DNA of 64,000 nt from Acutalibacteraceae bacterium (GCA_045589015.1 JAZNFG010000053.1:5118-69117); one strand, 5' to 3'. Positions 27,141 to 37,616 are shown, numbered from the stretch's first letter. Made by a program: numbers and translations. Notes: generated from the letters alone by a model not told the origin.

Positions 27141-27368
27141 ACCGATTCGGTTTATCCGTAAATACACTCACGCCCAAGCTCTTAACAAAAAGACAAAAAA
27201 ACATGCAATTAATTTTTTCCGATAAATCATAAGCCTTGTTTTTCCAAAACATACAAAACGAGCCTGTTTTTCTATGCAGTATTAATAATTGATAATATAA
27301 AGCTTTTATAGTAATATATATAAGGGTATATATGCAAAAGCATTGCATTATAAAGGAGAAAACAAATA

Positions 27369-30300
27369 ATGGGAGATAAACGAACAATCTATACCATCGC
27401 AACTGCTCATCTTGACACGTCCTGGCTTTGGCGGCTTGAACAGACCATCGATGAATATATTCCCGATACTCTCAAACGGAATTTTGAATTTTTTGAAAAG
27501 TACCCCGAATACAAATTTAATTTTGAAGGCAGTATCAGATATGAATTCATAAAAGAGTATTATCCCGATAAATATGATGAACTGAAAAAATACGTTGCCC
27601 TCGGAAAATGGCATCCCTGCGGAGCCTGCTATGAAAACGGTGACGTGAACATTCCTTCACCTGAGGCTCTGACAAGAAATATACTTTACGGAAAGGACTT
27701 TTTCAGAAAGGAATTCGGTGTCGAATCCGAGGACATTTTTCTGCCCGACTGCTTCGGTTTCGGAAAAACCCTTCCGACAGTTGCCGCCCATTCGAGTGTA
27801 AAGGGTTTTTCTACGGGAAAGCTGATGTGGGGAAGCTCCGTTGAGATCCCCTTTGATATCGGAAAATGGAGGGGCATAGACGGCAGTATGCTTTGGTCTG
27901 CAATAATGCCTTTTGCTTACACGACAGCCTTCAAAAACGTACGAAAAAACAAAAGAATCAATGAAAAGCTTGACAGAAGCAAGAATAACGGACTCCCTGA
28001 ATTCACCTTTGTCTATCACGGCTGCGGTGACAGAGGTGGTTCCCCTCATAAATCGTCTGTAAAGGACGCGATTAAGGCTCAGAGAACGAACAGTACCGAC
28101 AGCACGGATGTTTTTTCCGTTACGACAAAGGAATTTTTCGATAGGCTTGATTGCCTTGATGCCGGCACTCAGAAGCTTTTGCCTGAGTATGACGGCGAAT
28201 TTCTGCTGACAGCACACGGAGTGGGAAGCTACACCTCAAGAACCGTAACAAAGCGTTGGAACCGACGCTGTGAGCTTCTTGCAGATGCAGCAGAAAGATT
28301 TGCTTCGGCTGCCTTCGCATCGGGACTTGCCCCCTATCCGCAATACGGCCTGGACAATGCCTGGAAAAAGGTAATAGCACATCATTTCCACGACGATATC
28401 ACAGGCACCTCCTTCGAGGAATGCTACGAGCGGACACACAATGACTATATTCAGGCTATGAATACGTTTTCAGCCGAATACACCGCTGCTGTAAAGGCAT
28501 TTTCTTCACAGTTTGATACCTCATTCGTCAAAGGAATACCTGTTATAGTTTCAAATCCCGTCCAGACAGAAGAATCAAGAAAAGAAGCCGTATCTGTAAA
28601 GGTTGATACGATTTTCTCGCACATCAGCGTTTATGACAGCAGCGCAAGGATTGTCCCGTGTCAGATAAAAAGCGTATCGGAAAAAGAAACAGAAATTGTT
28701 TTTATTGCCGAGGTCCCCTCAAACGGACTTGCCGTTTTTGATTTAAGAAATGAAGAAGCTCCCGCCGTCGAAACCGGTCTTAGGGCTTCATTGAACTCTT
28801 TAGAGAATAATTTTATAAAAGTCGAAATAGATAACAAAGGTAACATCTGCAGTATTTTTGATAAAACGATACAAAAAGAATTGCTTTCGGCACCTGTAAC
28901 CTATCAGATTCTAAATAACGTGCACAGCTTTGACTGGCCTGCATGGGAAATCAAATACGAGGATTGCATCAGCAAGCCTTATACGTCCCCTGGTGCTCCC
29001 GATATTCGGATAATCGATGAAGGTCCTGCATTGGCCTCTTTGGAAATCGTACGATATGCAGGTAAAACAGCTTTCAGACAAACCGTTTCTCTTGATTGCT
29101 ACAGTAACGTTGTTAAGGTCTCAAATGAAACCGATTGGCGCGAGGAGGCTTCTTTACTTAAAGCCTCGTTCAGTTTTACGTCAAAAAACAAATTTGCCGA
29201 CTATGATACGGGCTTGGGTGCAACGAAAAGACCGACAAACACAGAAAAGCTCTATGAGGTGCCCGCACAGAAATGGGCGGATATAACGGATGAGGATGCT
29301 TCTTACGGTGTAGCCGTATTCAGTGATTCAAGGACAGGTTGGGATAAGCCCGATGATTCCACGCTGAGACTTACTGTGGTACATACACCGATGATAAGCT
29401 ACCGTTGGGAATGCTCACAGCATCTGATGGATATGGGGCTTAACAGATATTCCTTCGGAATCATGGGACATAACGGCGGTTGCGAAGAAGTCACTCAGTC
29501 AGCAGATTTCTTCTGTCAGCCTATGCATACTTTTATAACGGACAGACACTCCGGAAGCAACCCCGGCAATTATTCCTTTGCAAGGCTGAGCGATAACCGC
29601 GTGCGTATCAGCGCGATAAAAAAAGCTCTTAATTCCGATATGATTGTTTTCCGTGTCGTTGAAAGCTCAGGAAACAATATCAATAGCGTAACGGCTGAGT
29701 TTTCATTACCGATCAGCAGATGCTACGAAATAAACGGTGATGAAACCGTAGTAAAAGAGCTTTCCGTCTCAGATTCAAGGCTGACCTTTGATATCGGACA
29801 TAATTCAATAAAAAGCTTTGCAATCGAGTTTTCCTCAGCAGTAACAGTCCCCTCGGATACAAAACCGATTTCTCTCGCTTTTAATGCCGTCGGAATTACA
29901 AAAGACGGCGAAGCTTCATTATCAACACTTAAAAATTCCGTTTCGGTTCCCGAGGAATTGCTACCCGATGATTTCATTTTTGCAGGAGCTTCGTTTGCTT
30001 TTTCAAGAGATAAACTGAATTGTCTTATTGCAGACGGAAGTAAGATAACCGTGCCCTCAGGGTATACTACTCTGCATTTACTGTGCACCTCCGTGAACGG
30101 TGACAAGCTTGTCAGCTTCAAAACAGGCTCTGACGAAGCTATGAGATATATTCCCGATTGCACCGAAGCTCTCGGACATTGGGATATGATGCAGCAAAAA
30201 AAGACAGGCTACATAAAAGAAATACCGCAGGCTATTACGTTTTCACACCATCATAACGATAAAGGCAACGCTGTCGCACAGCAGCTTTATCTTTTTGATA

Positions 30301-30671
30301 TTGCCATTCCGATTGATACAAGCGGTGAAATAACCTTACCCGATGATAATGATATAATTATCTATGCGGCAACCGCAGTAAATGACGGTATTTCAATAAA
30401 GAAGGGCTCACCGCATTTTGATTCACTAAAAAAGCGTGACTTTGATTATGACTTTTCTGATTATGCAAGGAAACAAATGGAGCCTAACCGTCTTGAAAAA
30501 ATACTTGACAGATTCATTGACCGTAAATTTGGTATAAATTTCAAAATCGGAGACTTCTATAACAAATATGCGTTTAATGAACTGTACTATATCCTCAGAA
30601 GTCTTAATACCCGTATGCATTACAAAAAGCTTACCGAAAAGCTGTTGAGCAGCCGAAAAAACACAAAATAA
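27369..30671 (+). CDS. GH38 alpha-mannosidase
   Basis: N-terminal IATAHLDTSWLW (the HxD..W metal site of GH38), HHFHDDITGTS and a length of 1100 aa. AAGGAGA RBS. Confidence 0.85.
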   Translation: MGDKRTIYTIATAHLDTSWLWRLEQTIDEYIPDTLKRNFEFFEKYPEYKFNFEGSIRYEFIKEYYPDKYDELKKYVALGKWHPCGACYENGDVNIPSPEALTRNILYGKDFFRKEFGVESEDIFLPDCFGFGKTLPTVAAHSSVKGFSTGKLMWGSSVEIPFDIGKWRGIDGSMLWSAIMPFAYTTAFKNVRKNKRINEKLDRSKNNGLPEFTFVYHGCGDRGGSPHKSSVKDAIKAQRTNSTDSTDVFSVTTKEFFDRLDCLDAGTQKLLPEYDGEFLLTAHGVGSYTSRTVTKRWNRRCELLADAAERFASAAFASGLAPYPQYGLDNAWKKVIAHHFHDDITGTSFEECYERTHNDYIQAMNTFSAEYTAAVKAFSSQFDTSFVKGIPVIVSNPVQTEESRKEAVSVKVDTIFSHISVYDSSARIVPCQIKSVSEKETEIVFIAEVPSNGLAVFDLRNEEAPAVETGLRASLNSLENNFIKVEIDNKGNICSIFDKTIQKELLSAPVTYQILNNVHSFDWPAWEIKYEDCISKPYTSPGAPDIRIIDEGPALASLEIVRYAGKTAFRQTVSLDCYSNVVKVSNETDWREEASLLKASFSFTSKNKFADYDTGLGATKRPTNTEKLYEVPAQKWADITDEDASYGVAVFSDSRTGWDKPDDSTLRLTVVHTPMISYRWECSQHLMDMGLNRYSFGIMGHNGGCEEVTQSADFFCQPMHTFITDRHSGSNPGNYSFARLSDNRVRISAIKKALNSDMIVFRVVESSGNNINSVTAEFSLPISRCYEINGDETVVKELSVSDSRLTFDIGHNSIKSFAIEFSSAVTVPSDTKPISLAFNAVGITKDGEASLSTLKNSVSVPEELLPDDFIFAGASFAFSRDKLNCLIADGSKITVPSGYTTLHLLCTSVNGDKLVSFKTGSDEAMRYIPDCTEALGHWDMMQQKKTGYIKEIPQAITFSHHHNDKGNAVAQQLYLFDIAIPIDTSGEITLPDDNDIIIYAATAVNDGISIKKGSPHFDSLKKRDFDYDFSDYARKQMEPNRLEKILDRFIDRKFGINFKIGDFYNKYAFNELYYILRSLNTRMHYKKLTEKLLSSRKNTK

Positions 30672-30711
30672 AACAGGTCTGCTGATTTTATAAACTATGG
30701 GAGGTTATTAT

Positions 30712-32322
30712 ATGGCAACACAAAACTCTTCTTCAAACGCACAAGCCTTTGAAGAGCTAAAGCAGCTCGATAAATTAAGCCTTGAGCAAAGCTTTACAGG
30801 ACAAACTCAGGACAGAAGATACGTAGGCTCAAAGGAAACTCTCGGCTTCGTTATCTGGGATGCCGCACAGAGCTTTAACATCAATATTTTCTCGACCCGT
30901 TTTATCACAAGTATTGTTGAGGTTGATCTCGGTCTTCAGACGCTTGTAAACTCAATTAACAGCGTGTGGGATATTGTGAACGATATCTTTTTCGGAGCTA
31001 TCGTTGACAAAACGAGGACCCGCTGGGGAAAATTCAGACCATACCTTTTATTCCTTGCCGTCCCCGGATGCATTCTTACTTCGCTTTACTGGCTTATGCC
31101 CTATCTGTTTGCAGGCACCTCGCAGGGCAATATGATAAAATTTGCCTTCTACCTTATTCTCACAATAGCCCGTGAAGGTGTCAGCACTTTCCAGAATATT
31201 TCCCGAACAGGTCTGATGGCAACAATAACGCCGCATCCGAATGACAGAACAAGACTTATCACAATGGCTAACTTTGCATCGGGATTTTTCGGTGAAAAGC
31301 TTCCCGAACAGGCCGTTACCATTCTGATTGACGTACTGAGAGGTATGTACCTCAACAACGAAACAAAGCTTTCAAATGCATACACTCTACTGTTTTCGGG
31401 AATGGGCGTATTCACAACAATAGCGTCAAGTGCATCCTCCTTCTGGTTCTTCCGCCTCTCTAAGGAAAGAGTTATGCAATCCATAAAATCCCCCAGCGTG
31501 CTGATGTCAGTTAAATCAGTTATAACAAACAAGCCTCTTCTTCTCATTACCCTTTCCGACTTTTTAAGCGGCTTTGCAATCAAGGGCAGTCAGGATGACT
31601 ACTACACGGATGTGCTTCATTTTTCTTCAATGACTCTCGTTGCGGGTATCCCCGCCGCTCCCATAAGCCCTGCAAGCTATTCGTGGGTTCCCTGGATGAG
31701 AAGACATTTCTCCAGCCGTCTTCTTTATATTCTCGCAAAGGAAATAGGAAACATACTCTATATTCCCGTATTCTTCTTCGGCTGTATCGGTATGAAAAAG
31801 GACTTTTCGGGCGGTATGTATCAGAAAATAGTTCCTATGGGAATTGCAATGGCTTTATGGGAAATTATCTGGACTCTGTTCTTCGGTCTCAAATCCGTTA
31901 TCGGTACGGAAATGTATAACGAGGCTATGGACTACTGCGAATGGAAAAACGGTTACAGAACCGAGGCTATGGCATCCGTTACAAAAGGCATAGCCGCAAA
32001 AATATCTTCAAATACCAGCACGGTTGTTACAACGGCAATAAAGAAAATAATCGGCTATGAGGCTAATGCATTCAGAACAGGTAAGGAACAGACCGATAAG
32101 GTAAAATTCTACATATTTGCAATGTTTACCATTATTCCTGCCGTTACCGGTTCTTTAGGAATAATTCCGATGCTTTTCTACGATCTCAATAACGATAAAA
32201 AGGAAAAAATGTATGCCGAGCTGCTTTCACGCCGCAGAAAGATGACGGAAATCGTCGAAACTGATAACAAGGAGGCTCTTGCCGCTGCATCAGAAGCACA
32301 AATCAATGCAGGCAAGATGTAA
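30712..32322 (+). CDS. GPH-family (glycoside-pentoside-hexuronide:cation) symporter
   Basis: The MelB/GPH signature WDIVNDIFFGAIVDKTRTRWGKFRPYLL and 12 TM segments. The ATG at 30712 is preceded by GGGAGG. The track ATG at 30697 contains that RBS. Confidence 0.8.
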   Translation: MATQNSSSNAQAFEELKQLDKLSLEQSFTGQTQDRRYVGSKETLGFVIWDAAQSFNINIFSTRFITSIVEVDLGLQTLVNSINSVWDIVNDIFFGAIVDKTRTRWGKFRPYLLFLAVPGCILTSLYWLMPYLFAGTSQGNMIKFAFYLILTIAREGVSTFQNISRTGLMATITPHPNDRTRLITMANFASGFFGEKLPEQAVTILIDVLRGMYLNNETKLSNAYTLLFSGMGVFTTIASSASSFWFFRLSKERVMQSIKSPSVLMSVKSVITNKPLLLITLSDFLSGFAIKGSQDDYYTDVLHFSSMTLVAGIPAAPISPASYSWVPWMRRHFSSRLLYILAKEIGNILYIPVFFFGCIGMKKDFSGGMYQKIVPMGIAMALWEIIWTLFFGLKSVIGTEMYNEAMDYCEWKNGYRTEAMASVTKGIAAKISSNTSTVVTTAIKKIIGYEANAFRTGKEQTDKVKFYIFAMFTIIPAVTGSLGIIPMLFYDLNNDKKEKMYAELLSRRRKMTEIVETDNKEALAAASEAQINAGKM

Positions 32323-32356
32323 ACGAGTCACCCGATAAAAAAAGGATAAAGAAATT

Positions 32357-33517
32357 ATGGAAATCAGATATATAACCAAGGATGAAGCGGTCGATTATCT
32401 CAAGGTTTCATCGGCTTCATTCATCTGGAAATTCAATCCCGAGGAGGATACAAGCGTCGATATACCCGTGCTTGCCGCCTTTCACGAGGGCAAGCTTATT
32501 GCAGGCGTTGAAATGTATGATTACAAATGCAATTACTGCGGTAATTTTTTAGATTCTCTTATAGTCAGCGGCGTATGCAGTATGCCCGAATACCGCAGGA
32601 TGGGCGGAATCAGAGAAATTTTCAATTACATCGGAAACAACTCCGCAGAAAACAACTGGAACATAGGATATCTGCATCCCTTTTCAATATCATATTATGA
32701 AAAATTCGGATACTCGAATCTTAACCATATGTTTGCTATGAAGATTCCGTTTGAAAATCTGAGCTTTATTCCTCGGAATACCGATATGATTCTGTATACC
32801 GGAGAGCAGCTTGAGGAGCTCAGTGCCCTTCACAGAGAATGTGCATTAAAAGAAAATCTTATGACTCTGAGAGATGACAAAAAGCACTTTTGCGATAAAC
32901 CTCTTGAGAACACGGATTATACGTATTTTCGCAGAAACGGTAAAGGGAAAGCAGACGGATACGTACGCTTCACGGTAAGCCGTCCTGATGTTCTGACCGT
33001 TAACGAGCTGTTTTTCCTTACCCCCGAAGCATTATACGGAATACTCGGCTTTCTGAGAAATTATGACTGTATTGTCAAACAGCTTCGCATAAGAAAGCAA
33101 TACGCCCCTTCCCCGTTATCAATTATAGCGGACAGAATTCCCGGTGTTACCTATGAAGGCGAAGGCGGTATCGCCGCAAGAATATACAATTTGGAAAGTG
33201 TACTTAAAAGCAATTCATACCCCGAGGAGTACGGCAAATTCAGTATTTTATGCAACGACGTGCTTTCTCATAACAACGGCATTTTTGACGTTGAGTATCA
33301 ACACGGAAGTGCTGAAATCAAACGTCGCGAAAGCGGAGATTACGATATCTCCGTCACTCCGCCTGCTGCCGCAAAGCTTTTGCTTGCAGGCGAAGGACAT
33401 ACGGCTATGACGGCACCATTCATAAACGGAGTAACTCTCAACAAAAATGCCGATGCCTTCTTCAAAGCATTCCCCTATCGTATTACAAGATTTTCCGACA
33501 GCTCCTGGTCTGATTAA
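32357..33517 (+). CDS. Eis-like GNAT N-acetyltransferase (GNAT plus C-terminal SCP2-like region)
   Basis: 386 aa. GNAT core VCSMPEYRRMGGIREIF and YEKFGY, with an additional ~200-aa C-terminal region as in the Eis/YhbS-type architecture. Confidence 0.5.
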   Translation: MEIRYITKDEAVDYLKVSSASFIWKFNPEEDTSVDIPVLAAFHEGKLIAGVEMYDYKCNYCGNFLDSLIVSGVCSMPEYRRMGGIREIFNYIGNNSAENNWNIGYLHPFSISYYEKFGYSNLNHMFAMKIPFENLSFIPRNTDMILYTGEQLEELSALHRECALKENLMTLRDDKKHFCDKPLENTDYTYFRRNGKGKADGYVRFTVSRPDVLTVNELFFLTPEALYGILGFLRNYDCIVKQLRIRKQYAPSPLSIIADRIPGVTYEGEGGIAARIYNLESVLKSNSYPEEYGKFSILCNDVLSHNNGIFDVEYQHGSAEIKRRESGDYDISVTPPAAAKLLLAGEGHTAMTAPFINGVTLNKNADAFFKAFPYRITRFSDSSWSD

Positions 33518-33562
33518 TGCATTTAAGTACCACGAAAATAATTTATTTTGGGAGAGATTATT

Positions 33563-35491
33563 ATGCAGACAATTAAACGAATAATATCTATATCGGTTGC
33601 CCTTTGCATTATTTTTACCTCATTGAGTATTTCCGCTTCAGCAAAAGAAAATACCATTAACGTTTCTCAGTCGGTTATTATTATTTCGGAAGCTGCAAGC
33701 ATTACAGAAGAATATGCCGCTCAAAGACTTCAGTATTACCTTACGCAAATTACGTCACGGGAAATACCGATAAAAACTGACAATGAGTCCTTTGATTATG
33801 AAATCTGCATAGGCAATACCGACAGAAGCGACGCTTTTCCCGAAGGCTCTGCAGACGGAAGCTATACTATTACCTCTGACAATAACAGAATATATATCAA
33901 CGGCTCGGGCAACAAGGGAGCCATCAACGGTATATATGCCTTTCTTGAAAAATTTGCTGACTGTCATTGGTATGAGGCTGAGGTAATAGTTATTCCCGAA
34001 AATGAAGACTTATGTGTCCCTTGTGACATAAATATAAGCTATACTCCGTTTTTTGAGTACACGGAAACTGATACAAGAAGTGCCCGCGATGCGGAATTTT
34101 CCATAGCAAACGGTCTTACCGGCGGCATATACAAGAATCTGACTCCCGAGCAGGGCGGTGCGGTTGAATATATCGGAAGCTCAAGCCATACCCTTGTAAA
34201 CAGCTATTGCAAGCCGTCTGACTATTATGCGGAGCATCCCGAATATTTTGCTCTCGTTGACGGGAAGCGTGTCACCGATCAGCTATGTCTGACAAATGAG
34301 GACGTTAAGGATATCGTCACGGCAGAAGCCCTGGAAATGCTGAAAAAACAGCACGATCCTACAAGCTCTCTTCAGATACTCTCCATAACACAAAACGATA
34401 ACGGAAACTACTGTCAATGTGACGGCTGCAGTAATCTTGATAATTTAAACGGCTCTCCGGCAGGTACTATGCTTACGTTTGTAAACGAAATAGCAGCAAG
34501 AATCAAAGCCTCCGGTAATTATGAAAACGTTGCAATTGATACCTTCGCCTATCAGTACACAAGAAAAGCTCCCACTCAGGTACTTCCCCGAGAAGACGTT
34601 ATCGTCAGACTCTGTTCAATCGAATGCTGCTTCGGACACACACTTGACGATCCCGACTGTGAGAAAAATGCAGAGTTTATGGCAGATCTTTCCGAATGGA
34701 GCAAAATCTGCGATAGGCTTTATATATGGAACTACAATCTCAACTGTGATGAAAGTGTAAACATTTACGCTAATTTCGGCGTTCTTCAGAGAGATACGCA
34801 GATTTTCTATGAGCACAACGTTAAAGGAATCTATCAGCAGGGAATTTTCTATTATGAAAACTGCGATACGGAATTCTTTGAAATGAAAACATATCTGTTG
34901 TCCCGTCTTATGATGGACCCGTATCTTGATTACGAGAAAGAGAAAATGGGATATCTTACGGCTGTTTACGGCCCCGGCGGCAAATACATTTACGAATTTA
35001 TTGATATTATTACCGAGCATTCCGTTACCGATATCACCCACTTGTATATTGAACAGGACTCCAGATTCTCTCTTCTCGGTATGACCCCTTGCGAGGTAGA
35101 GCATTGTAATGAGCTTTGGGAAATGGCAAAAGCAGAAGCACAGACCGATGAGCAGCTTGAGAGAATTCTTCGTTCGGAAATTTCCTGGCGTTACTGGAAA
35201 TGCTCAACTATGCGCTCCGAATTTTCACGTTTACAGCATCCCTATCTTTGGATGAAGGCAAACAAGGAACTTTATAATGACCTTGTCGATATGGGAATCA
35301 CAAGGCTCGGAGAAAGAACGGGACACGATATATCTCATAATGATTTAAGACACCTTACGAGGAGAATCTATACTTGGATAACTCTTTACGATGAGCCCGT
35401 ATGGGATGCGATAAACCCCTTAGCCGTATCTGTATATAATTTCCTTGAAAAATGCTATAATTTGACATCATTCTTCAGATTCGTCAAATAA
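33563..35491 (+). CDS. Secreted glycoside-hydrolase-like protein of unknown family (possibly DUF4838/GH20-N-like)
   Basis: Signal peptide MQTIKRIISISVALCIIFTSLSISASA. A Cys cluster YCQCDGCS plus CSIECCFGH. GGGAGAG RBS before the ATG at 33563. The family call is from memory only. Confidence 0.3.
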   Translation: MQTIKRIISISVALCIIFTSLSISASAKENTINVSQSVIIISEAASITEEYAAQRLQYYLTQITSREIPIKTDNESFDYEICIGNTDRSDAFPEGSADGSYTITSDNNRIYINGSGNKGAINGIYAFLEKFADCHWYEAEVIVIPENEDLCVPCDINISYTPFFEYTETDTRSARDAEFSIANGLTGGIYKNLTPEQGGAVEYIGSSSHTLVNSYCKPSDYYAEHPEYFALVDGKRVTDQLCLTNEDVKDIVTAEALEMLKKQHDPTSSLQILSITQNDNGNYCQCDGCSNLDNLNGSPAGTMLTFVNEIAARIKASGNYENVAIDTFAYQYTRKAPTQVLPREDVIVRLCSIECCFGHTLDDPDCEKNAEFMADLSEWSKICDRLYIWNYNLNCDESVNIYANFGVLQRDTQIFYEHNVKGIYQQGIFYYENCDTEFFEMKTYLLSRLMMDPYLDYEKEKMGYLTAVYGPGGKYIYEFIDIITEHSVTDITHLYIEQDSRFSLLGMTPCEVEHCNELWEMAKAEAQTDEQLERILRSEISWRYWKCSTMRSEFSRLQHPYLWMKANKELYNDLVDMGITRLGERTGHDISHNDLRHLTRRIYTWITLYDEPVWDAINPLAVSVYNFLEKCYNLTSFFRFVK

Positions 35492-35556
35492 CAAGAGGTT
35501 AACGAACGCTTTTTCCGCTCATATTGCCTTTTGCTCTTATTCTCTGTTATACGTTA

Positions 35557-35598
35557 AAACGCAGACTGCGTCCGTGAGACTGCAATCTGCGTTTTTTT
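35557..35598. terminator. Bidirectional intrinsic terminator between convergent genes
   Basis: AAAACGCAGA...TCTGCGTTTTTTT with flanking A- and T-runs, between the stops at 35491 (+) and 35620 (-). Confidence 0.7.
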
Positions 35599-35619
35599 GT
35601 TAACTTTTAGTGTTATTTA

Positions 35620-37497
35620 TCAGCCGAGAGAATCTCCGCTGATAAGGTCTTTAAGGCTTCTTATAGGAGAAAGCACTCTGTCAACAGGACTTCCGCCGCC
35701 GAAAAGCAAGAGAGATGCCTTACTCATAGCGCAAGTGAAATCCTCAAGAATAGGATCAAGTGCTGACTCTTCCTCAACGGTAATGTTTTCATAGCCCTCA
35801 GCACCGACCTTATGAAGAATTGCAATAAGTCTGTTTTCAGCCTTTTCAACTCTTTCCTGATCGGCAACCGTCATTTTAAGCACGTCTTCAGCCTCTGCAA
35901 TTGCGGCATTAAGCTCTGCCTTATCCTCTTCGCTGAGCTTTGACCGGTCTACCTTCTTGGCATCGGGAAGCTTCCAGCGACGCATACTCTGTGTATAGCA
36001 GGCACCGTTAAACTGAGGATAATTTACGGGGTCGTCATTAACATCGGTAACATCGCCGAGAATAATGGCTTTTGCAAGATTCAGAACAACGTCATTATAT
36101 CCTACCTCGTGGTGCTGATCAAGGAAAATCCAGGTGTTTTCGGGAAGAATTGACGTTGACACGTCTACCATATTGTCGGGAGAAATATGATTGTGCTCGG
36201 GATTTGTGCAGTAGGTATTCTTTTCGTATTCGATATCGGAAAGAGTGTATATGCTATTTGCACCCGTTGCACCGAGGGTTGTTGAAGAAAGATTGATAAT
36301 ACCGTCTGAATTTACCTTTTCAGCAGAAGCAACGATATTAAAATAAGTATACATCTGCTCGCCGAGGTCAAGATTTGCACCTGCAATTGAGTTGACTCTT
36401 ACTCCGTCGGCAACGGCATCAAGTATGTTCTGCTTGAGATTGAGTCTTGCCTGCTGGAAACGGTCGGTTCTTTCCTTGAGCACAGGCTGGTCGGAAAGAT
36501 ATCTTTCGGCAAGAGCTTCATATCTGTATGAAGGAAGCATCGCCCAAAACTGCGGACAATTGAGCATCAGAGTATCAAGAATACCGCTCATAGCACCCGT
36601 AAGAAGTGCGTTTATACCCGAACGGGGAAGAATATGAAGAAGCGTGTTGATAAGATAACCGAGTGTGGGGCTGCCCTCTGATTCGACAAATATCTTGGCA
36701 ATAAATTCGTGATAAAGATATTCATCATCAAGACGCCATTCTCTTGCATACATATCTGCAATAATATCCGTACCGTCAAGACAAGCAACGGCATTAACTA
36801 TCTGATCAAGATCTTCATATCCGTATTTGTCAAGATAAGCAGTAAGAATGGTACCGCCGAGGCTTACGGGAAGAAGAGTAACCTTGTCATGGCCTGTCTG
36901 CTCCTTGACCATTTCGATATATTCCTTGAGATCATCAGCGGAATCCATAGGATCGCCGACAAGATTGAAGGTAAAGAAATATACGTGGTCCTCCCCTATT
37001 TCATCAACAAGGGGCTTCATAGGAACCATTCTGTAGGTCCAGTCAAGCTCATCCTCTGTCATATATTCAAGGGAATAATTCCATCTCTGAGTCTTGAGAT
37101 TTTCAACGTGGTCACCGTTTTCATCACATCTCTGATACTTAAAAAGGTCACAAACAAGCTCATAAGCCAGCTCATCAATCTTTACGTTAGTCTGTAATGC
37201 AATCGTAAGAAGAACTCTGAGAATAGCCTTTGCAATTACGTCACCGGAGAGTGCCGCCTCATTGAGAATCAGAAGCGTACCGCCTACCTGACTGTCGCCG
37301 TTCATAACGGGATTATCATTCTCATCATAAAGATGCGTAGGAGAATGATTTATACCGGGAAGAACGATTACGGGTGAATGCTCACAGCTGCCCCCGCAAT
37401 CTGTTTTCGTTGTTGCCGTTGCGCACAGGGCAAAGGCAGAGGAGAAACACGCAAAGCAAAGAACAATTGCAATAAGCTTTCTTATTGTTTTATTCAT
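35620..37497 (-). CDS. Secreted alpha/beta-hydrolase, lipase/esterase-like (LCAT/PGAP1-like)
   Basis: Signal peptide MNKTIRKLIAIVLCFACFSSAFALCATA. VIVLPGINHSP (oxyanion region) and the nucleophile elbow-like LLPVSLGGTIL. GAGAGGA RBS. Confidence 0.45.
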   Translation of the reverse strand: MNKTIRKLIAIVLCFACFSSAFALCATATTKTDCGGSCEHSPVIVLPGINHSPTHLYDENDNPVMNGDSQVGGTLLILNEAALSGDVIAKAILRVLLTIALQTNVKIDELAYELVCDLFKYQRCDENGDHVENLKTQRWNYSLEYMTEDELDWTYRMVPMKPLVDEIGEDHVYFFTFNLVGDPMDSADDLKEYIEMVKEQTGHDKVTLLPVSLGGTILTAYLDKYGYEDLDQIVNAVACLDGTDIIADMYAREWRLDDEYLYHEFIAKIFVESEGSPTLGYLINTLLHILPRSGINALLTGAMSGILDTLMLNCPQFWAMLPSYRYEALAERYLSDQPVLKERTDRFQQARLNLKQNILDAVADGVRVNSIAGANLDLGEQMYTYFNIVASAEKVNSDGIINLSSTTLGATGANSIYTLSDIEYEKNTYCTNPEHNHISPDNMVDVSTSILPENTWIFLDQHHEVGYNDVVLNLAKAIILGDVTDVNDDPVNYPQFNGACYTQSMRRWKLPDAKKVDRSKLSEEDKAELNAAIAEAEDVLKMTVADQERVEKAENRLIAILHKVGAEGYENITVEEESALDPILEDFTCAMSKASLLLFGGGSPVDRVLSPIRSLKDLISGDSLG

Positions 37498-37584
37498 AAA
37501 AAATCCTCTCTTTCTTTTTATATAGATTATATTATCACATTTTTACAGCTGTTTCAATAAAATTATAATAAACTTGTGAGGTTT

Positions 37585-37616
37585 TAAAAAAAATACCGCC
37601 CGAAAAAGGCGGGCGG
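37585..37616 (-). terminator. Intrinsic terminator after the GH99/WbsX-like gene
   Basis: On the minus strand, a CCGCCCG-ccttttt-CGGGCGG hairpin is followed by TATTTTTTTT, 18 nt after the stop at 37634. Confidence 0.75.

Noticed and set aside
27331-27349. A CcpA cre site upstream of the GH38 gene
   Set aside because: TGCAAAAGCATTGCA has half-sites spaced one base wider than the cre consensus (TGWAANCGNTNWCA) and lacks the central CG. It is reported only as a generic palindrome.
27139-27402. An 87-aa ORF on the minus strand in the GH16/GH38 intergenic region
   Set aside because: It spans the promoter-like element and the RBS and start of the GH38 gene and begins immediately after the GH16 terminator. 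It has no RBS, and its peptide is an AT-rich, Phe/Ile/Tyr-biased artefact.
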